Notes: generated by a model not told the origin, from the sequence alone. Shown: positions 20,659-31,004, numbered from the stretch's first letter. The stretch is 64,000 nt of DNA from [Leptolyngbya] sp. PCC 7376 (GCF_000316605.1 NC_019683.1:478036-542035), one strand, 5' to 3'. Program-made: numbers and translations.

Positions 20659-21363
20659 ATGTTGCAAACACGACAGACTCAAAACTTTAATTGCAAAACT
20701 GACTATGCGATTGAAAGCCTTAATGCCATTGATTTGGCAAAATTTGAACCCTTCTTTGAGAATCTCCCAGTCGATCCATATTTGGAGAGAGGGTATCGCT
20801 GCCGACGTTTTTCTCGTGTGCAAGTTTTGGGCGATCGCCTCTATCCATTAGCACCCAACTATTTCTCTCAAGGTCAAGATGGCAACTCATTACTAGGGGG
20901 GGCTGTACGAGAATATGCAGAATTAGAGCCAGAATTATTTACCTTGCCAGATTTTCAAAAATTAGTGCTTGAATTCTTTGATTTTGCCCGCCTTTGTTCT
21001 GGGTCTAGCGAAGTCGGTATCCACCAAATTCGTACTGTGGCGACGAGTGGACAACCTGCACAACCTTGTCCAGAAGGGATTCATCAGGATGGCGGGGAAA
21101 CTATGGGGATCTTTTGTCTGAGTCGTCAAAATGTTGATGGGGCGAAAACGTCTTTGTACACTTCCCCAGAGAGTAAGCCAATCATCACGAAAATTCTGAA
21201 TCCCGGTGAATTTCTTGTGATTAGCGATCGCCGATATTTCCATTACACATCTCCTTTCTTTGTGGATGATGCTGAGCGAGGTACAGGAATTAGAGATGTG
21301 TTTGTCTTTACGAGTCCGGGTTTAGTGATTACCGATTTTCACAAACCGATGTTGTCAACCTAG
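20659..21363 (+). CDS. PF10014-family Fe(II)/2-oxoglutarate dioxygenase (amino-acid hydroxylase, IDO/LdoA-like)
   Basis: Start at ATG 20659 (RBS ggagtaatc); HQDG facial-triad motif, YFHYTSP distal His; paralog of C-domain of upstream fusion. Confidence 0.7.
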   Translation: MLQTRQTQNFNCKTDYAIESLNAIDLAKFEPFFENLPVDPYLERGYRCRRFSRVQVLGDRLYPLAPNYFSQGQDGNSLLGGAVREYAELEPELFTLPDFQKLVLEFFDFARLCSGSSEVGIHQIRTVATSGQPAQPCPEGIHQDGGETMGIFCLSRQNVDGAKTSLYTSPESKPIITKILNPGEFLVISDRRYFHYTSPFFVDDAERGTGIRDVFVFTSPGLVITDFHKPMLST

Positions 21364-21408
21364 TTCAGCACATCGTTTATCCATACCGTTGCGATAGGAG
21401 AGAGTGTC

Positions 21409-22680
21409 ATGTCTTTTGATATTGATTGGATTCGCCAACAGTTCCCAGCACTAACCCAGAAACACAATGGGCAACCCGTCATCTTTTTCGATGGGCCGGG
21501 TGGGACACAGGTCCCTAATTCAGTGATTTCAGCGATGACAAACTATCTGGTGCACTCGAACGCCAATGCCCACGGTGCTTTTATCACGAGTGAACGTACC
21601 GATGCCACCATCACAGCGGCAAGGGAGGCGATGGCCGATTTTCTGGGTTGCGATGGTGATGAAATTGTCTTCGGTGCAAATATGACCTCGCTCACTTTTC
21701 GCTTTAGTCGGGCGATCGCCAGAGAACTAAAGGCGGGCGATGAAATTGTTGTGACGCGATTAGACCATGATGCTAATGTTGCGCCGTGGATGGCATTGGA
21801 GGAAAAAGAGGTTGTGGTGCGAATGGTGGATATCAACCCGAGTGATTGCACCTTGGATATGGCAGATCTTGAAAAGAAGGTGGGCGATCGCACAAAGTTA
21901 ATCGCGGTGGTCTATGCCTCTAACGCCAGTGGCTCGGTTAATAATATTCCGGCGATCGTTCGTTTAGCTCATCAGGTAGGGGCTTGGGTATTTGTTGATG
22001 CAGTGCATTATGCTCCCCATGGTTCGATCGATGTGCGGGCAATGGACTGCGATTTTCTTGTTTGTTCTGCCTACAAATTTTTTGGCCCCCATGTCGGTAT
22101 TCTCTACGGCAAACGGAAACATTTGGCACGTTTGCGTCCCTACAAAGTTCGACCTGCGGCGGATGTCGTTCCCTCTCGCTGGGAAACTGGCACACTGAAT
22201 TTTGAGGGGTTGGCTGGAGTCATCGGCACAATTGACTATCTGACTGAGTTGGGTCGTCGGGTATCATCTGCCCGTGGCGATCGCCATGCGCTTTTAGTTG
22301 CGGCTCTAGATGCGACTCGCCAATACGAACGAAAACTTTGCGAGCATTTAGTGATGGGATTGTTGCAGATATCGGGGGTCACCATCTATGGCATTACGGA
22401 ACTGGTACATTTTGATTGGCGTGTCCCCACTGTTTCAATTCATCTGCAAGGATATACGCCCTATGAACTGGCTAAAGCATTAGGCGATCGCGATATTTTC
22501 ACTTGGCACGGTAATGTTTATGCTCTCAATCTCACTGAGCGGTTGGGTATTGAATCAAAGGGTGGTTTTTTGCGGATTGGTTTAGTTCACTACAACACAT
22601 TGGCAGAGATAGATCGGCTATTGGCAACTCTCCAGGCGATCGCCCCAAAGTTATCCCTCATCATTCCTGCACTGTTATAA
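21409..22680 (+). CDS. class-V aminotransferase-fold PLP enzyme (cysteine desulfurase/SufS-CsdA-like)
   Basis: 423 aa; PLP-Lys context SAYKFFGPHVGILYG; class-V fold N-terminal motifs. Confidence 0.8.
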   Translation: MSFDIDWIRQQFPALTQKHNGQPVIFFDGPGGTQVPNSVISAMTNYLVHSNANAHGAFITSERTDATITAAREAMADFLGCDGDEIVFGANMTSLTFRFSRAIARELKAGDEIVVTRLDHDANVAPWMALEEKEVVVRMVDINPSDCTLDMADLEKKVGDRTKLIAVVYASNASGSVNNIPAIVRLAHQVGAWVFVDAVHYAPHGSIDVRAMDCDFLVCSAYKFFGPHVGILYGKRKHLARLRPYKVRPAADVVPSRWETGTLNFEGLAGVIGTIDYLTELGRRVSSARGDRHALLVAALDATRQYERKLCEHLVMGLLQISGVTIYGITELVHFDWRVPTVSIHLQGYTPYELAKALGDRDIFTWHGNVYALNLTERLGIESKGGFLRIGLVHYNTLAEIDRLLATLQAIAPKLSLIIPALL

Positions 22681-23235
22681 ATGACTATTGTAGCTGGAAC
22701 ACTCATATTGACTTTGGCACCATTGTTTTAATTTGATTTAATACGTTTGATTTGCCATCAAAAAATAACGCAGATAAGTATTAGATTAGAGATGCTGATT
22801 CCGAGCTTATTGCAATCGAAATTGCTTTCTTTTTGTTGTTGCTTAAAGCAGGAAGAAACAGAGAGACAAACTACACAAAAGACTACACAAAACCTGACAC
22901 TCTCTAAAAGAATGAATACAATAGATGTAATAGCGTTCAATTTTTGGATTCTAGTCATGACGGGTCGATTTCGATATAAAAACCGTCAATAATGATTGTG
23001 TTAGCTGCTATTGATGAGTTCCCTAAATCCATTTGAAAATTTATCTGTCAATAAACTTCTCAGCTAACCCTATAAGTTTTTCTGTTTTTTGTTTCTAATG
23101 ATTTTAGTGGATTTCAAGGCGTCGATCTACCCAGAATAAAGCTCCCGAATTCAATAGAAATGGGCATTCTCAGTTCATTCTGATGTTTTTTGTTGCTTGA
23201 ATTTAACTCTGAAAATGATTTGCTGGGAGGGGATT

Positions 23236-24195
23236 TTGACTAAAGTAGAAAGTATTTTAATTACCGGTGCTAATGGTCAGATTGGAAGTGATTTAGCGAT
23301 CGCCCTGCATGACTATCATGGCGTGAAAAAAGTAATTGAAACTGGCCGCCGACTCCCCTCTAACTCAGGCGCAAATCGCCAGTCGTATCGGATTCTGGAC
23401 GTCACAGATATATGGCGACTGCAAGAACTTGTAGAGCAAGATCATATTGATACCATCTATCATCTCGCAGGGGTGTTGTCGGCAACGGGGGAAATGCAAC
23501 CTTATCGTTGCTGGCAGGTAAACATCGAGGGTCTCAGAAATGTTCTGGAAGTGGCGAAAGCGCACCAAGTGAAAGTGTTTTGGCCAAGTTCGATTGCTGT
23601 GTTTGGGGCGAATACTCCCAAGATTAATACTCCCCAAATCGTGATCGAAGATCCTTCCACCATGTATGGCATTACAAAATCTACAGGGGAAATGCTTTGC
23701 CACTATTACGCTGATCGATTTGGCGTGGATGTACGCAGTCTGCGTCTACCCGGCATCATTAGCCATCGCACTTTGCCCGGAGGCGGCACGACGGATTTTG
23801 CAGTAGAAATCTTTTACGATGCACTCAAATTTGGCAATTACAGTTGTTTTGTCCGCCCTGATACTCGCTTACCAATGATGTATATGCCGGATGCGATCGC
23901 CGCTATTTTGGGTCTGATGGATGCGAAATCTGATTCGATTACCGTTCGCTCTAGCTATAACATTGCCGCTGTCAGTTTTTCCGCCGCAGAACTCGTTGCA
24001 GAGATTCAAAAGCATTTGCCTGATTTTAGTTGTGATTATGCTCCCGATTTCCGGCAGGCGATCGCCGATTCTTGGCCAATGGTAATTGATGATTCCCAAG
24101 CGCGGCAGGATTGGGGGTGGCAACATCATTATGATTTGTCGGCAATTGTGACAGATATGCTCCAGCAACTGTCTCGCAAAGGTATTGGCAATTAG
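23236..24195 (+). CDS. tdh: L-threonine 3-dehydrogenase, NAD-dependent epimerase/dehydratase-fold type
   Basis: [14 protein letters not shown] Rossmann, YxxxK; TTG start at 23236 preferred (GGGAGGGG RBS); followed by kbl. Confidence 0.7.
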   Translation: MTKVESILITGANGQIGSDLAIALHDYHGVKKVIETGRRLPSNSGANRQSYRILDVTDIWRLQELVEQDHIDTIYHLAGVLSATGEMQPYRCWQVNIEGLRNVLEVAKAHQVKVFWPSSIAVFGANTPKINTPQIVIEDPSTMYGITKSTGEMLCHYYADRFGVDVRSLRLPGIISHRTLPGGGTTDFAVEIFYDALKFGNYSCFVRPDTRLPMMYMPDAIAAILGLMDAKSDSITVRSSYNIAAVSFSAAELVAEIQKHLPDFSCDYAPDFRQAIADSWPMVIDDSQARQDWGWQHHYDLSAIVTDMLQQLSRKGIGN

Positions 24196-24236
24196 TTAGA
24201 GACAGGTTTTATGTCGAAATAGCAGGAGATACCACG

Positions 24237-25469
24237 ATGATGAAAACAGCTTCCCCCGTCTTTCAGTCAATTTTGGCAGAGATTCGCCAGTCCGGTCTGC
24301 ATAAAGAAGAACGCATTCTTATATCGCCTCAGGGAACCGATATTTCTGTGAGCACAGGGCTAGACGTGATTAACTTTTGTGCAAATAACTATTTAGGGTT
24401 GTGCAATAGTCCAGAGCTGGTGGCGATCGCCCAGGAAGGTCTTGCTAAATATGGTTTTGGTCTGTCTTCGGTGCGATTTATCTGCGGTACTCAAACTATC
24501 CATAAAGAGTTAGAAGCGAAGATTTCACAGTTTCTCGGCACAGAAGATACCATTCTCTATGGGTCTTGTTTTGATGCCAATGGTGGCTTGTTTGAAACGC
24601 TTTTAGATGATGACTGTGCGGTATTTAGTGATGCTCTTAACCATGCCAGCATTATTGATGGATTACGGTTATGCAAAGCGAAATGTTATCGCTATAACCA
24701 CAGTGATATGGCGGATTTGGAGCAGGCTCTACAGCAAACTCAGTCTGCCAAAATTCGATTAATTGCCACCGATGGTGTCTTTAGCATGGATGGGGAGATC
24801 GCCAAGTTAAAGCAAATCTGCGATTTAGGCGATCGCTATGATGCTTTAGTGATGGTCGATGATAGTCACGCCACTGGTTTTTTCGGTGCAACAGGTCGAG
24901 GCTCTATCGAATACTGCGGTGTAATGGGTCGAGTCGATATTATTACCAGCACGCTGGGTAAAGCTTTGGGCGGAGCTTCGGGGGGCTTCACTTCCGGTCG
25001 CCAAGTCATTATTGATTTATTGCGTCAGCGATCGCGCCCTTATTTATTTTCCAATAGTCTGGCTCCAGTCATTGTTTACACGAGTCTCAAAGCGTTAGAG
25101 ATAATTGAGCAGAATCGAGAGTTAGGCGATCGCCTTGCTGAGAATACCCACTATTTTCGCCAGAGGCTAACGGATTTGGGTTTTGATATTAAACCTGGTA
25201 TCCATCCGATTGTGCCGATTATGCTTTACGAGGCTCAACTGGCCAAAGATATGTCCCGCGATTTGCTGGAAGAGGGGATTTATGCCATTGGTTTTAGCTA
25301 TCCGGTTGTGCCCAAAGGTCAGGCTCGCATTCGTCTACAGATTTCCGCTGCCCATACCCGCAAACATCTCGATCGTTGCATTGATGCATTAGCTCGAATT
25401 GGCAGAAAGTATGGTGTTATCTCAGATAAAATTCCTGTCCTAGCCGAGCACACGAGTCGAGGAGGTTGA
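24237..25469 (+). CDS. kbl: glycine C-acetyltransferase (2-amino-3-ketobutyrate CoA ligase)
   Basis: alpha-oxoamine synthase family; PLP-Lys in STLGKALGG; 410 aa. Confidence 0.85.
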   Translation: MMKTASPVFQSILAEIRQSGLHKEERILISPQGTDISVSTGLDVINFCANNYLGLCNSPELVAIAQEGLAKYGFGLSSVRFICGTQTIHKELEAKISQFLGTEDTILYGSCFDANGGLFETLLDDDCAVFSDALNHASIIDGLRLCKAKCYRYNHSDMADLEQALQQTQSAKIRLIATDGVFSMDGEIAKLKQICDLGDRYDALVMVDDSHATGFFGATGRGSIEYCGVMGRVDIITSTLGKALGGASGGFTSGRQVIIDLLRQRSRPYLFSNSLAPVIVYTSLKALEIIEQNRELGDRLAENTHYFRQRLTDLGFDIKPGIHPIVPIMLYEAQLAKDMSRDLLEEGIYAIGFSYPVVPKGQARIRLQISAAHTRKHLDRCIDALARIGRKYGVISDKIPVLAEHTSRGG

Positions 25470-25470
25470 G

Positions 25471-26685
25471 ATGACTGTCACGCTTCAGGATATTCGCAAG
25501 GCTGCTGAGATTATTCATGAACGAGTATCAAATACGCCCTGTCGTCAGTCGCGATCGCTATCGGAACTGGTTGGCACAGAAGTTGTACTGAAATTTGAAA
25601 ATCTGCAATTTACTGGCTCATTTAAAGAGCGTGGTGCTTTGGTGAAATTGCTGTCTTTAAATGCAGCACAACGAGAAAAAGGCATTGTGGCAATGTCTGC
25701 GGGCAACCATGCTCAGGCTGTGGCTTATCAATCGAAACAGCTTGGTATTCCAGCAACGATTGTGATGCCAAAATTCACTCCCAATATCAAAGTGGAGCGT
25801 ACCCGTGCGTTTGGAGCTGAGGTGATCTTTCATGGGGATACCCTAGACGATTCGATTATGCTCGGACAAAAACTAGCCCATGAGCAGGGATTGCAGACGG
25901 TTCATCCCTACGATGACGAGCGCATTATTGCGGGACAGGGAACGATCACCCTTGAAATGTTGACCGTTTACCCTGAGCTGGATGTGCTCCTTGTGCCAGT
26001 GGGTGGTGGTGGTTTGATTGGTGGGAATGCGATCGCCGCAAAAAGTATAAAACCTGAGATCAAAATTATCGGCGTACAAACCCAGCGATTTCCTTCGATG
26101 TTCCGAGCTTTGCAAGGAGAGTTGGCAGTTTGCGGTAGTTCAACAATTGCGGAAGGCATTGCCGTAAAATCTCCTGGTCAATTGACGTTACCGATTGCGA
26201 GGGAATGGGTGAATGAGATTTTATTGGTGTCGGAAGCTGAGATTGAAAATGCCGTACGGTTTTTGTTAGAGCGAGAAAAAACGGTTGTCGAGGGAGCCGG
26301 AGCCGTTGGGGTTGCAGCCTTAATGAAATATGGCGATCGCTTTTCTGATCAGTCAGTGGGAATCATTCTGAGTGGTGGAAATATCGACTTACCGATTTTG
26401 TCCCGCATTGTGCAGCGGGGATTGGTGCGTTCCGGTCGATTGGTTCGGCTGGATGTAGATGTCAAAGATCTGCCGGGAGGATTGGCCGGAGTATCCCAAT
26501 GTATTGGTGATGCTGGCGCGAATATTATCGAAGTACAGCATCAGCGGGCATTTACTAGCTTGCCGCTTCAATCAGTCAATATTCAGTTTGTGTTGCAAAC
26601 GCGAGGAACGGAACACCTCCAGCAAATTATTGCCGCGCTTTTGGAACAAGGTTATCCAATTCATACTTCCCAACAAGTTGACTGA
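25471..26685 (+). CDS. ilvA: threonine ammonia-lyase (threonine dehydratase) with single C-terminal ACT-like domain
   Basis: FTGSFKERGA PLP motif, GGGGL loop, 404 aa; strong RBS gaggagg. Confidence 0.85.
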   Translation: MTVTLQDIRKAAEIIHERVSNTPCRQSRSLSELVGTEVVLKFENLQFTGSFKERGALVKLLSLNAAQREKGIVAMSAGNHAQAVAYQSKQLGIPATIVMPKFTPNIKVERTRAFGAEVIFHGDTLDDSIMLGQKLAHEQGLQTVHPYDDERIIAGQGTITLEMLTVYPELDVLLVPVGGGGLIGGNAIAAKSIKPEIKIIGVQTQRFPSMFRALQGELAVCGSSTIAEGIAVKSPGQLTLPIAREWVNEILLVSEAEIENAVRFLLEREKTVVEGAGAVGVAALMKYGDRFSDQSVGIILSGGNIDLPILSRIVQRGLVRSGRLVRLDVDVKDLPGGLAGVSQCIGDAGANIIEVQHQRAFTSLPLQSVNIQFVLQTRGTEHLQQIIAALLEQGYPIHTSQQVD

Positions 26686-26795
26686 CAAAATTCTCCATCA
26701 GGGATTTTAAATTATGTTTGAATGGGCAAATGTAAAAAACAAAACTAACTGCCGATTGATTCAATGAATTTTGCGATTTCGTTGGGCAATCATCT

Positions 26796-27125
26796 CTAAA
26801 ATTTAATCCTTTGCAATGAGCTTAATAAGTTTGGAATATCGATCCGAATTACTTCCCACAAAATTGAAGAGTCTACTTCTTTGTATTCATGAATGACGCG
26901 ATTTCGCATGCCGCGAATTGCATGGAATGGTATTTGAGGGTTTTCCGCAATGAATTTTGTAGAAAAGCGATTTGTTGTTTCTCCTAAAATCGCTATCTGA
27001 TATAGAACTGACGATTGTGTCTTTTTATCTTCCTCAAAGTTTGTATAGTTGTAGCCTTGGCTAAATTGCAAAATGAGATTACACGCTTCTATTGCATCTA
27101 GCAATATCTCTTGGTCTCGATTCAT
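26796..27125 (-). CDS. hepT: HepN (DUF86) HEPN-domain toxin of HepT/MntA-type TA pair
   Basis: Rx4HxY motif (RNRVIHEY); 109 aa; overlaps upstream MNT gene by 4 nt. Confidence 0.8.
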   Translation of the reverse strand: MNRDQEILLDAIEACNLILQFSQGYNYTNFEEDKKTQSSVLYQIAILGETTNRFSTKFIAENPQIPFHAIRGMRNRVIHEYKEVDSSILWEVIRIDIPNLLSSLQRIKF

Positions 27126-27490
27126 CGATTGTATAAAACCTGGCTGTGTTCAAGAATATTGCGGCGGCGGATTGGATTATGACTGTTTTCGATGGAATGG
27201 CGGGTCACAATGTCTATGGGGCGATCGCCAAAAAGCTCGCTAAATTCTTGTTCGATGGTATCGAGATTGAAAAAAGTAATCTTGGCATCTGCGGCAAAAC
27301 TAACCAACAAATCAATATCACTATCTATTCGAAAATCATCCCGCAGTACAGAACCAAAACAGGATAGCTCAGTAATTTTCCAACGTTGACAAATCTCTTC
27401 TAAAGCGCGGCTTGGGATTTTAACTGTTGGGTTTAATACGACAACCTCATCTGTCGAAACCATGGCGATCACCTCAAAATAAGATTGCAT
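27122..27490 (-). CDS. mntA: minimal nucleotidyltransferase (MNT) antitoxin
   Basis: GSVLRDDFRIDSDIDLLV nucleotidyltransferase motif (GS...DxD); 122 aa. Confidence 0.8.
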   Translation of the reverse strand: MQSYFEVIAMVSTDEVVVLNPTVKIPSRALEEICQRWKITELSCFGSVLRDDFRIDSDIDLLVSFAADAKITFFNLDTIEQEFSELFGDRPIDIVTRHSIENSHNPIRRRNILEHSQVLYNR

Positions 27491-27771
27491 TCTAATTATA
27501 AACAGTGCTACCTGAGTAAATTTTGTCTAGTGATAATGAAATGCGAGAACAAAATCAAGAGCTGGTTTATTCGAGGAATTGTGAGATTTCTTGGGGCGAT
27601 CGCCGCGCTAAGTTCAAACGCAATAACGCCAAGACTGGGAATTGCTCTCGTCGCTCGCTAGTTCCTGCTATAAGATCTCTAATACTATTAAGGCGATCGC
27701 CACACCGTATCCTTTGGTCTTTAGTATGGAGGCTACAGGTATTTCGATTGATGTTCAGCTGAGAGAAAACC

Positions 27772-29322
27772 GTGCCGAGTGCTTCCGATGATTTCCAATC
27801 CTTCGCCGCATTGCAGCATCAGCTGAAAAAATGTTGGCAAGATGACGAAGAGCTAGAAACGGGTAACCAAGATATTTTAGTGATTCCGTCCTTTAGTATC
27901 GACCAGCAGGTTGGTCAGAACGTGCCAGGTTTCTTGCACTACGAGGAACGTTTACTCTTCTCTCTCATTCGGCTGCGTAATCCCCTCACTCGGCTCATCT
28001 ATGTCACCGCGCAGCCCCTCGCCCCTCTGATCATTGATTACTATCTCCAACTTTTATCGGGAATTCCGTTTTCCCATGCCCGCGATCGCCTGCTGCTGAT
28101 TACCACCTACGACACCTCTTACAAGCCACTAACAAAAAAAATTCTGGATCGACCCCGCCTCGTCGCTAAAATCCGACGGGCACTGCGTCCCAATCAGTCA
28201 TTTATGGTGTGTTATAACGCCACTGAGTTAGAAAAAGAACTCTCGGAAAAGCTCCAAGTGCCACTCTTTGCAGCTAGTCCAGACGTGAGTCACTGGGGTT
28301 CAAAAAGTGGTAGTCGTCAAGCTTTTGAGTTGGCAGAAATTCCATTCCCTGATGGTAGTCATCTCGTGAAAACAGTCCCAGATTTAGTTGAAGTCACAGC
28401 GTCGCTATGGCATCGAAAGCCGGAACTTCAGAGGATTGTAATTAAGCTGAATGAGGGGTTTTCCGGGGAGGGAAATGCAGTGCTTGATCTGCGCCCATTG
28501 CCTCCCGTTTCAACCCTGACTGAACGGCAAACATTAATTGCGAAAGCTTTACCGGAAATGAATTTCCAAGCAGCAACGGAAACTTGGGAACATTTTGCTT
28601 CACGAATTCCAGAACTTGGGGCGATCGCCGAAGCATTTATCGAAGGGGAAACCAAGCGATCACCGAGTGTGCAAGGGTTGATTTTGCCGAGTGGAAAGGT
28701 CGAAATTCTCTCTACCCATGATCAAATTTTAGGTGGGCAGGATGGTCAAATTTACTTGGGATGTACCTTCCCTGCTGCGGCAGAATATCGTCTCCAGTTA
28801 CAAATCCTCGGTTTAAAGGTCGGTGAAATTCTGGCAGCAAAGGGTGCAATGGAGCGCTTTGGTGTTGACTTTATCGCGACCCAACAGCCAGACAAATCCT
28901 GGGATCTCCAAGCAATTGAAATTAACCTCCGTAAAGGAGGAACAACCCATCCTCTGATGACCCTCAAGTTATTGACTAATGGTGAGTATGATTATCAATC
29001 AGGCTTATTTTTTACACCGCAAGGACAAGAAAAATACTACATTGCCTCTGATAATCTCCAGAAAAACCAATACCAAGGACTTTTGCCCAGTGATTTGATG
29101 GATATCATTGCGGCGCACGGCTTACATTTCGATAGCAGCACGAAAACAGGTACTGTATTTCATTTGATGGGAACCCTATCCCAACACGGCAAACTTGGCC
29201 TCACCAGTATTGGGAATTCACTGGCCGAAGCGGAAGCCCATTACCAACGTGTTGAAGAGGTGCTCGATCTAGAAACTTCTGGTTATTATGCAACCTCTAG
29301 CCATTTGCCTTTAACTTGGTAG
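27772..29322 (+). CDS. conserved hypothetical protein, possible ATP-grasp-like fold
   Basis: 516 aa, GTG start; weak ATP-grasp-like C-terminal motif (AIEINLRKGGTTHP); 3' end overlaps truncated SDR fragment on opposite strand. Confidence 0.4.
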   Translation: MPSASDDFQSFAALQHQLKKCWQDDEELETGNQDILVIPSFSIDQQVGQNVPGFLHYEERLLFSLIRLRNPLTRLIYVTAQPLAPLIIDYYLQLLSGIPFSHARDRLLLITTYDTSYKPLTKKILDRPRLVAKIRRALRPNQSFMVCYNATELEKELSEKLQVPLFAASPDVSHWGSKSGSRQAFELAEIPFPDGSHLVKTVPDLVEVTASLWHRKPELQRIVIKLNEGFSGEGNAVLDLRPLPPVSTLTERQTLIAKALPEMNFQAATETWEHFASRIPELGAIAEAFIEGETKRSPSVQGLILPSGKVEILSTHDQILGGQDGQIYLGCTFPAAAEYRLQLQILGLKVGEILAAKGAMERFGVDFIATQQPDKSWDLQAIEINLRKGGTTHPLMTLKLLTNGEYDYQSGLFFTPQGQEKYYIASDNLQKNQYQGLLPSDLMDIIAAHGLHFDSSTKTGTVFHLMGTLSQHGKLGLTSIGNSLAEAEAHYQRVEEVLDLETSGYYATSSHLPLTW

Positions 29323-29369
29323 ATGGTCATCGCTGGCAGGGTGATCGCCACTTCAAGATCCGTGGGGTT

Positions 29370-29546
29370 GAGAATGCTACCAAAGTAAAAGTTATCGGTA
29401 TTGCCAAAAATCTCAGTCGCTTTTTCCGGCGATCGCCCAAAACCTTTAGCGATAAATTTCTCTGGTAATGCTTGCAATTTCTGTAAAACGAGGGAGCCTG
29501 TGCGTCCCGTTGCGCCAGTCACCAAAACTTTGAGAGGAGTTGCCAT
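29370..29546 (-). pseudogene. truncated 5' fragment of NAD(P)H-binding SDR gene (paralog of 15974..16744)
   Basis: MATPLKVLVTGATGRTGSLVLQKLQALPEKF...GRSPEKATEIFGNTDNFYFGSIL then frame runs into unrelated sequence. Confidence 0.7.
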
Positions 29547-29573
29547 CTCGATTTATCACCAATGAAAATACTA

Positions 29574-29707
29574 AGAGGATGTCTGAAAAGGGTCTGACCG
29601 TAACTTTTGTCGAAATGAGTTGCACGTAAAAATAAGTACTTCAGGCGATCAACCTGGCGGAATTTACGCAGTATTTATCGAACATAAAGACTTTTCAGAC
29701 ATCCTCT
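29574..29707. repeat. 134-nt element bounded by perfect 17-bp inverted repeats (MITE-like / long hairpin)
   Basis: agaggatgtctgaaaag at 29574-29590 and its exact reverse complement at 29691-29707; intergenic, HIP1-free. Confidence 0.6.
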
Positions 29708-29891
29708 AAGCCACACCTTAAAGCAATCTGCTCCACGACATGAATCAGTGTGTGGGAGATTAATTTAGCGGGCGATCACTAATACAGCAAAACTTTACCG
29801 TATTTTTCTGTTGTGGCAAGGAGAATACGAGTGATTTTATCTCTAGTCTCTAATGGCTTAAGGTGTTTGGAAGCATCGATCCAAAATAACA

Positions 29892-31004
29892 ATGGCAAAA
29901 CCACCAAAACCTATTCCTGAAAAGTTAACTGAAAAGACGGCATTTGAGATTTATCAGCAACGTTTAAAGCATGGTATCGAAGAGAATTCGGATGCAGATT
30001 GGCAGCAAGCAATAGAGTATTTACAGAAGCATCGTTTCAAAGTGCGCTTGTGGCAATTAAAACAATATGTGATTACCTTCGCTTTTCAGACAGAAAGAAG
30101 ACTGGAAGACTTAGCTGCGCTACTTTATAAAATGGCAATTTTTGAGATCCTAGATTTCGCAGGGAAAGCAGCCATAATTATTGCTGTTTACAGCTATTTT
30201 GCAGGAGCAGAAGATCGACAGAAACAATCAAATTATCAGGCTTGGCAAGTTATTAATTCAGCGGTTGGACAAGTTCATGGTGGTGGTCGTACAGATGCTC
30301 TAGAGGATCTAAATGAAAATAATGTGTCATTACTTGGGATCAATCTCCAAAATGCTCATATTCCAGGAGTCAACCTAAAAGAGGCATATCTTGTCAATGC
30401 GAACTTAAAAGACGCAGATCTTAGCTGGGCAAATCTAGAAAGAACATTGCTTTGGGATGCGAATTTAGAAGGGGCAGATCTTGTTAAGGCGAATTTACAA
30501 GAAGCAGGGCTAGTGAATGCGAATCTAGAAAAAGCAAATCTTATGCTTGCAAGTCTAGAAGAAGCATATCTTATGAGCGCAAATTTAGAGAAAACAGATT
30601 TTATAAGTGCAAATCTGGAAGGAGCAAATTTTACTGAAGCAAATCTAAAAGGAGCAAGACTTACTGGTGTAAATTTAAAAAGAGTAAATTTCACCAAAGC
30701 GAATCTAAAAGGAGTGAGGCTTGTCAGTATAAATTTAGATGAGGCAGATTTTACGAAGGCCAATCTGTCAGAGATACAATTTTTAGGAGGCATCTCTGAC
30801 TTCCAAAAACTCACACTGGAACAGCTTGAACAGTCCTGCTTTTGGGACAATGGCATAACAGTTTGGGATGAACAAACAAAGAAACGTATTTCTCTTGGTG
30901 TAGCGGTTATTGAAAAAGCAATGAACGAATCCCCTTATAATGTGGCCGCTTGCACTGAGTATTGGGATGAGCGTAAAACTAGAGAAACTGAATTGAAACA
31001 GTGA
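29892..31004 (+). CDS. pentapeptide-repeat protein with N-terminal membrane-associated domain
   Basis: About 30 consecutive A(N/D)LxxA(N/D)L pentapeptide repeats from about aa 160-320. Confidence 0.85.
   Translation: MAKPPKPIPEKLTEKTAFEIYQQRLKHGIEENSDADWQQAIEYLQKHRFKVRLWQLKQYVITFAFQTERRLEDLAALLYKMAIFEILDFAGKAAIIIAVYSYFAGAEDRQKQSNYQAWQVINSAVGQVHGGGRTDALEDLNENNVSLLGINLQNAHIPGVNLKEAYLVNANLKDADLSWANLERTLLWDANLEGADLVKANLQEAGLVNANLEKANLMLASLEEAYLMSANLEKTDFISANLEGANFTEANLKGARLTGVNLKRVNFTKANLKGVRLVSINLDEADFTKANLSEIQFLGGISDFQKLTLEQLEQSCFWDNGITVWDEQTKKRISLGVAVIEKAMNESPYNVAACTEYWDERKTRETELKQ

Noticed and set aside
22747-22992. Overlapping ORFs (22747..22992 +, 22758..22958 -) in the AT-rich spacer between the aminotransferase and tdh
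   Set aside because: Low-complexity AT-rich sequence, mutually overlapping on opposite strands, no RBS. Treated as non-coding spacer, possibly regulatory.
30356-30856. 166-aa minus-strand ORF and apparent tandem DNA repeats at 30.35-30.8 kb (possible CRISPR-like periodicity)
   Set aside because: The periodicity is the 15-nt pentapeptide-repeat coding unit of the plus-strand gene. There are no direct repeats with unique spacers, and the antisense ORF is an artefact of the repetitive coding sequence.
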